From positions 14,867,807-14,931,806 of the forward strand of contig NC_134031.1 of assembly GCF_964204645.1 (NCBI RefSeq): a stretch of DNA of 64,000 bases, read 5' to 3'. Below, piece by piece: positions 58,501 through 64,000 of the stretch. The DNA is from Tubulanus polymorphus (taxonomy: Eukaryota; Animalia; Nemertea). The notes beneath the pieces were generated by a model. It did not search any database, was not told where the DNA came from, and saw only the letters and a list, made by a program, of their open reading frames with translations. The position numbers were made by a program, and so were the translations under genes. Position 1 is the stretch's first letter. Each line of letters opens with the position of its first letter.

Positions 58501-59291
58501 ATCATACAAGAACCCTACATCATACAGGGAGAACCCTACATCATACAAGGAGAACCCTACATCATACAAGGAGAATCCTACATCATACAGGGAGAACCCT
58601 ACATCATACAGGGAGAACCCTACATCATACAGGGAGAACCCTACATCATACAGGGAGAACCCTACATCATACAAGGAGAACCCTACATCATACAAGGAGA
58701 ACCCTACATCATACAGGGAGAACCCTACATCATACAAGGAGAATCCTACATCATACAAGGAGAATTCTATATCATACAGGGAGAGTCCCACATCGCAGGG
58801 AGAACCCCATGTCACATAGGGAGAACCCTACATCATACACAGGGAGAACCCTACATCATACAAGGAGCACACAGGGAGAATCCCATATCACAGGTTGAAC
58901 CCTACATCATACAGGAAGAACTGTACATCATACAGGGAGAACCATAAATCTAATCATACAGGGAGAACAAACAACCCATTAATACAGGGAAGTTCAGAGA
59001 ACCCTTAACCCAGTAACAAGGGGCCCCAGAGAATCCTATCAGTTCCGCAAGGAGCCCTAGGTACATAAAAGTACAAGTGACCTGTGAATCTTACCTCTTT
59101 GATAAACAAGCGTTAATCAATAATAAAATCAGCGATATATGAACGCCCGTCAACATGCCGTAACGCCACCTAGTCGTAGATCGTGTAGTTACATTGCGTT
59201 GTTTCTGACGACGGATGCAGAGAAGGGCGGTTGTTTTTAAAATCTGTTCCGTTTCCGTTCCGTATTGAGACGATATGAACTGATTCAACAT
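45631..59291 (-). CDS. SUCO: SUN domain-containing ossification factor (SUCO/Opt/Slp1 family), 12 coding exons, about 1340-1390 aa
   Basis: Exons 59291 (or 59156)-59095, 58065-57937, 56071-55740, 54976-54790, 54303-54196, 53844-53736, 53128-52798, 52188-50856, 49333-49117, 48328-48109, 47329-47268, 46566-45631; all phases are consistent. Motifs: [22 protein letters not shown]...[22 protein letters not shown]...[57 protein letters not shown], a transmembrane segment, LYIVEP. Confidence 0.96.
46730..46905. repeat. GGGCAGCAGGGC-based minisatellite, SUCO intron 11
   Basis: 21-24-bp units. Confidence 0.9.
47268..47329 (-). CDS. SUCO: SUCO exon 11
   Basis: [10 protein letters not shown] motif; phase 1-0. 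Confidence 0.85.
47550..48070. repeat. ~30-bp minisatellite, SUCO intron 10
   Basis: GATCCTGACTGGCGCTC.AC.GGTCGAGG. Confidence 0.92.
48109..48328 (-). CDS. SUCO: SUCO exon 10 (transmembrane helix)
   Basis: [22 protein letters not shown]. Confidence 0.92.
48458..49000. repeat. ~50-bp minisatellite, SUCO intron 9
   Basis: ACTAGAGTTCGGTGTAGGGGTAACAGCCTGGTGTGGAACCGGATCAGTCC, about 11 copies. Confidence 0.95.
49117..49333 (-). CDS. SUCO: SUCO exon 9 (coiled coil)
   Basis: [16 protein letters not shown]. Confidence 0.95.
50856..52188 (-). CDS. SUCO: SUCO exon 8 (large low-complexity exon plus start of coiled coil)
   Basis: ORF 50843..52243; [16 protein letters not shown]. Confidence 0.93.
52798..53128 (-). 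CDS. SUCO: SUCO exon 7 (end of SUN domain)
   Basis: [17 protein letters not shown]. Confidence 0.95.
53348..53642. repeat. Inverted pair of tRNA-box-B-containing fragments (SINE-like)
   Basis: CAGGGATTCAAACCTGATG versus CATCAGGTTTGAATCCCTG. Confidence 0.55.
53736..53844 (-). CDS. SUCO: SUCO exon 6 (SUN)
   Basis: [23 protein letters not shown]. Confidence 0.95.
54196..54303 (-). CDS. SUCO: SUCO exon 5 (SUN)
   Basis: [36 protein letters not shown]. Confidence 0.95.
54333..54678. repeat. 46-bp minisatellite, SUCO intron 4
   Basis: ACACTACAGCTGTGAGGGGAGA..TGGTTCACCAAGAACCCATGCA, about 7 copies. Confidence 0.93.
54790..54976 (-). CDS. SUCO: SUCO exon 4 (start of SUN domain)
   Basis: [11 protein letters not shown]...DEYMINPC. 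Confidence 0.95.
55388..55715. repeat. ~45-bp degenerate minisatellite, SUCO intron 3
   Basis: TAAGTGGCCACCCTGAACTAGGTCTAGAACTGA. Confidence 0.85.
55740..56071 (-). CDS. SUCO: SUCO exon 3 ([11 protein letters not shown])
   Basis: Conserved motif and splice sites. Confidence 0.9.
56246..56929. mobile_element. TIR element with ~140-bp inverted arms, SUCO intron 2
   Basis: AATAAGGCTTTTTACAGTTTCCAGGCGCCATTTTTTT... versus ...AAAAAAATGGTGCCTGGAAACTGTAAAAAGGCTTATT. Confidence 0.85.
57505..57880. repeat. Degenerate (CAGTTGTGAACCCAGTT) minisatellite
   Basis: Related to the 2860-3480 array. Confidence 0.85.
57937..58065 (-). CDS. SUCO: SUCO exon 2
   Basis: Phase 2-2, ttcag acceptor, gtaaaa donor. 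Confidence 0.75.
58410..58990. repeat. 21-bp minisatellite (ACCCTACATCATACAGGGAGA), SUCO intron 1
   Basis: More than 20 copies. Confidence 0.95.
59095..59291 (-). CDS. SUCO: SUCO first coding exon (signal peptide; start ATG at 59291 or 59156)
   Basis: [19 protein letters not shown]; donor AG|gtaaga. Confidence 0.7.
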
Positions 59292-59369
59292 CTTACAACA
59301 TCCGAGCAACGAGCAACGAGCAGGAGCCTCTACAATTAACGAGGGTTTATCAAAACGCAGCGAGGTCCA

Positions 59370-59566
59370 AGGTCTCTCCGTCCTGGTCCGAGGTCTCTCT
59401 GCCCTGGTCCGAAGTCTCACCGTCCCGGTACGAGGTCTCACTGTCCCGGTACGAGGTCTCTCCGCCCTGGTACGAGGTCTCTCCGCCCTGGTACGAGGTC
59501 TCTCCGCCCCGGTTTGAGGTCTCACCGCCCCGGTACGAGGTCTCACTGTCCCGGTACGAGGTCTCT
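59370..59566. repeat. 21-bp minisatellite (GAGGTCTCTCCGCCCTGGTAC)
   Basis: About 9 copies. Confidence 0.92.
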
Positions 59567-61811
59567 GTCCAACTGTCTGTTAGAATTTATTGGTTAATGT
59601 AAATATCACAAGAGAAAACATCTGCATATCTATATCTACGTAACAGTATATATATATATACATATATATCACTGATTAATCCTCTCTCAAATATTAACTA
59701 TAGTTATTCAACGCAAGCATTTCAAGTTGTAATCCTAGCAGTAAATATTCCAGAGCTAAGTACTACGAGTACCCGTGTCGGTACGACAGGACTAGATTAT
59801 ACCGGTTCTACCAGCATAATGAAACCTACAGTAATCGGTTTGCAAAACAGACAGATCACCATCAAACTAGACCTCAATTAACATATAATTGGTAGCGACC
59901 ACTGATTCTAGTGTCCAGTACCGATACCGCCCAGCTCCGGATACTGACCACTGTCCGAGACGCTGACCGCGCTGTGTGTCTCGTACAGACTACAGTACTA
60001 GATGCGACCCACCCGTAGATAACAGTCCCAGATACTGACCAGCCCTATACTGTATCCGGTACAGACCACAGTCCGGACTGCTACGACCGCCTGGTCCCGA
60101 TGTTAACTACTCCACACGTATACAGAGGCTATAGCAGACGGCACTATGTCATACATTCCTGAGTTTAAAGTTTAACAGATTAAACAGAAATGTCAATGTA
60201 CAGAAGCCCAGTTTGTCATATCAGTCATCAAAAGTGCGGGCTTTAATACTATCTGATAATCAGGTCATTCTGTACATTAATAAACACGTGATTTATTTCA
60301 ATGTCAAGTTTGATAACGTTCTCAAATCTATTGTTCTAATCATCCTGAATCATATTTTTATGTTTGCCAATTCGGCAGCAGCCACAGTCGTCAGTAAAAA
60401 CTAGTTCAATACACAGGGAGAATCCCACATCACATGGAGAACCCCATGTCAAACAGGTTGAACCCTACATATACAATTAACAGCCCCAAAAACTGTTGCT
60501 AGCTCCTCTGAACATTCGCCTAAAATTCTTAAAAACACTGCTTAAAAACAACTATTTTTCAACAATCTAGCACAGCGTATTTCACCTTGATCTCTACATT
60601 TTTCTGAAAGGCCAGGACCCAGATCTAGTGTTCTCCACAACAGGTTTTAGAGAGGCCAGCACCCCTTTTCATTTTCACATCCACCCCTCTAAAAATGAAC
60701 CACCCCTTATAAAATATCTGTTGCCCCTACCAGAGTGGATGTCAATATTCCATCTATGCTGATAATTGCTTAGAAATATATTGCGCTAATGTGAAAAATA
60801 GAAGATTACACCAAAATCAAGCTTAGATTTTCTGTATCTTTTCGGGGAATCGAAAGCCTCGGTGGCATACACTTAACAATGAATGCAGCCCCTCTAAAAT
60901 TCCAGCCTATAGGCCTATTGCTTTGAACAGGGATCATTCATTTATTACGTACCCATATAAGTTTCAACCCCCTGTATGCAAGATCAGCCATTTTATTATA
61001 TGCATTACGCATTGCAATCATCGCTCCCTCTCCCCTAACGCGTACGCAATAAATAAATGTCCCCTTACCATGATTTTGACAAAATTGAAATAAATTCGCC
61101 GTGGCAACCTGTAAAAAAATCTGGTATTGGACGTGGCAATCGTAAATTGCTCGTAAAGCGCCTGTTGCCTACTTATTCAGAAGTTAACCCAATCAACCGG
61201 TTCTCCCCTCATTTTTAGTTATTCCCCCACACCTGACGACAACCTCTAGTGTCAGTTCGAAACGTCCTGTCCTTTTCAAATTTTTCATTTGAAATAAATT
61301 CCCAGGCTTTAAAACATTTAAAGCTTTACCATAATGGGGTTGTTTTTTTCATATTATATTCTTTCAAAGTCTAAAACGATTGATAAACTGTTTGCTAAGT
61401 TTTCGTGCTTTGATATTGACTTTCTTACCACGAGTTGTTGGATCAATGTCTATAGTCTAAAGTCCGTTAAGTCGCCCACAAACAGTCAGTCAGACACATA
61501 CAGTACTCGGTATAGGCTCAGTAGAACCTGTACAAACACACGCATCTAAACGTTAATTAAACACGCTTACGTTAATTGGGGTCTAATTACACCGGCCAAA
61601 TTAACAAACTAACTAATTAATCTCTAAGCCAACAGTTCGACAGTTAGGTCTTTCTGATGGTGTCAGAAAGATGTCTTCGAAAAATTCATTCTATATAATT
61701 TAGATTGAATAAATAAATTCTTGTTTTTAAATTCTTATAATCTGTAGCTAGTGGGTTTTTATCTTATCATCCGTTCACCACGTTTGAGTGTGGTTATGGT
61801 TCTACTGTTTG

Positions 61812-62367
61812 AGAGTCTTGAATCAGAATACTGCCAAGAGTCTTAAGTCAGAATACTGCCAAGAGTCTTGAGTCACAATACTACCAAGAGTCTGGAGTCA
61901 CAATACTACCAAGAGTCTGGAGTCACAATCATGGTAAGAGTCTTGAGTCACAATACTGCCAAGAGTCTGGAGTCACAATACTGCCAAGAGTCTGGAGTCA
62001 CAATCCTGCTAAGAGTCTGGAGTCACAATCCTGCTAGGAGTCTCAGTCACAATACTGCTGGGAGTCTGGAGTCACAATCTTGGTAGGAGTCTGGAGCCAC
62101 AATACTGTTGAGAGTCTTGAGTGACTGGAGTCACAATCCTGCTAGGACTCTGGAGTCACAATACTGCTAAGCGTCTGGAGTCACAATCCTGCTAGGAGTC
62201 TCGAGTCACAATACTGCTGGGAGTTTGGAGTCACAATCCTGGTAGGGGTCTGGAGTCACAATACTGTTGAGAGTCTGGAGTCACAATCCTGCTAGGAATC
62301 TGGAGTCACAATACTGCTAAGAGTCTGAAGTCACAATCCTGCTAGGAGCCCTGAGTCATAATACTAC
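61812..62367. repeat. 27-bp minisatellite (GAGTCTGGAGTCACAATACTGC(C/T)AA)
   Basis: About 20 copies. Confidence 0.95.
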
Positions 62368-63399
62368 AACGTGACTACATAAAACGTTTGAAAGAAGTGA
62401 TCGTGCCATTAGGACCTTAACAGATCAGGGAATCCAACATTCTCTAATATTTCCCTGAACTAGGAGTTCTAGGATTATGTTTTGAGGGATTTGACTTGTT
62501 TCTAACTTTCAGTTTCAGTAAAATATATTCATTGTGAAATTGTGTTTATTGAATCAGCATTACACATGCCCTATAAACCCTAGCCTGTGATTGGCTGAAG
62601 ATGGTCACCTGGTATGCAAATGAGTCAATAGCTGATCACTTAATCTATGTCACAATAACCTTAACCCTAACCCTAGCCCGTGATCGCTCGTTCAGAGCTG
62701 GTCACCTAGTAGTATTTAAACAAACAGACCATACTTGAAGAAACATGGCTAAATTTCAACATAAATTGACTAGGATTTTTATTGGTCCTGTTCAGAAGAT
62801 GAAAACCGAAGTATCATCAGGAAAGCCCAAAATCTGAAACTTATTGATTCGTTGGCTGTGAAGTATTCTAGAGCGTTCAAAATATCATGTGATCTTTCTT
62901 TTGATTTTCACTAAGAGTCAGAATTCCCCGATGTTCGCTGATATCTGTTAGAATTATGTGTAGTGAACTGTGATGAGACACACATGTTACACGGCACAGA
63001 TATAGAGACAGTAGGCGAGGGGGGGTTGTAAAATCAGCAGCTGTCAACAACATTCATTCATTCAATGTTAATTCACAATTGTATGTTTAATTTCATCATT
63101 AATCTATATATGGTACTGCGTCAATCATTCAAAATTACAATAAAATTCTTCCTATTAAATTGAACTGAATAAATTCATATTCAAACTGTTGAATAATGTT
63201 AGAGTCAGTCGTCATTATCTGTCAGTCTGTCAAATCAAGCATTCGGGCGGTCCATCAGTCAATCAGTCAGTCAAGTTTTCATGACCAGAGATCAGGGGCT
63301 GCAGTTGTTCAAAATTTCTCTCAGCTAACCAAAGGACAACAGACAATTCCTGGTGGTTTCACCTCACAGTTAAATCACCGAGACCAGATCCACAAGCAG

Positions 63400-64000
63400 A
63401 AAACAGGGTACACACGAGGAGTAGGCAGGGTGCACGCACTCACTCACGAGGGGTAGACAGGGCACACACGAGGAGTAGACAGGGTACACACACTCACTCA
63501 TGAGGGGTAGATGGAGTACACACTCACTCACGAGGGGTAGACAGGGTATACATGAGGAGTAGACAGGGTACACACACTCACTCATGAGGGGTAGATGGAG
63601 TACACACTCACTCACGAGGGGTAGACAGGGTATACATGAGGAGTAGACAGGGTACACACTCACTCATGAGGGGTAGATGGAGTACACACTCACTCACGAG
63701 GGGTAGACAGGGTATACACGAGGAGTAGACAGGGTACACACACTCACTCATGAGGGGTAGATGGAGTACACACTCACTCACAAGGGGTAGACAGGGTATA
63801 CATGAGGAGTAGACAGGGTGCACACACTCACTCATGGGGTAGATGGAGTACCACTCACTCACGAGGGAGAGACAGGGTACACATGAGGGGTATACAGGGT
63901 ACACACGAGGGGTAAGACAGTTTACACTCATGAGGGGTATACATGAAGGGTAAACAGGGTACACACTCACACACTCAAGAAGGTTAGCCAGGGTACACAC
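63400..64000. repeat. ~84-bp compound minisatellite (GTAGACAGGGTACACACACTCACTCATGAGGG)
   Basis: Runs to the end of the window. Confidence 0.92.

Noticed and set aside
58308-58898. 196-aa His/Arg/Thr repeat ORF
   Set aside because: 21-bp intronic minisatellite inside SUCO

Overview
Eukaryotic, AT-rich, spliced genomic DNA from an animal, most likely a marine invertebrate (lineage is inferred, not established). Six protein-coding genes were reconstructed by hand with phase-consistent GT-AG introns: (1) ZMYND19, minus strand, 7 exons, 1669-9722; (2) a secreted protein with a degenerate PAN/apple-like region, a Thr/Ser linker and a C-type lectin domain, plus strand, 11008-12926; (3) an HR4/GCNF (NR6A)-type nuclear receptor, plus strand, 18968-21636, which appears to stop without a ligand-binding domain and ends in a PMDL motif like that of Knirps; (4) single-exon PERCC1, minus strand, 26412-27044; (5) a small secreted Thr-rich repeat protein, plus strand, 30969-33384; (6) SUCO, minus strand, 12 coding exons, 45631-59291. 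Introns and intergenic DNA are dense in non-autonomous TIR elements (some nested, several with target-site duplications), a 1.8-kb foldback element, tRNA-derived SINE-like heads, degenerate minimal hammerhead-like motifs and many different minisatellites. The best candidate for something undescribed is the LBD-less HR4-derived receptor.
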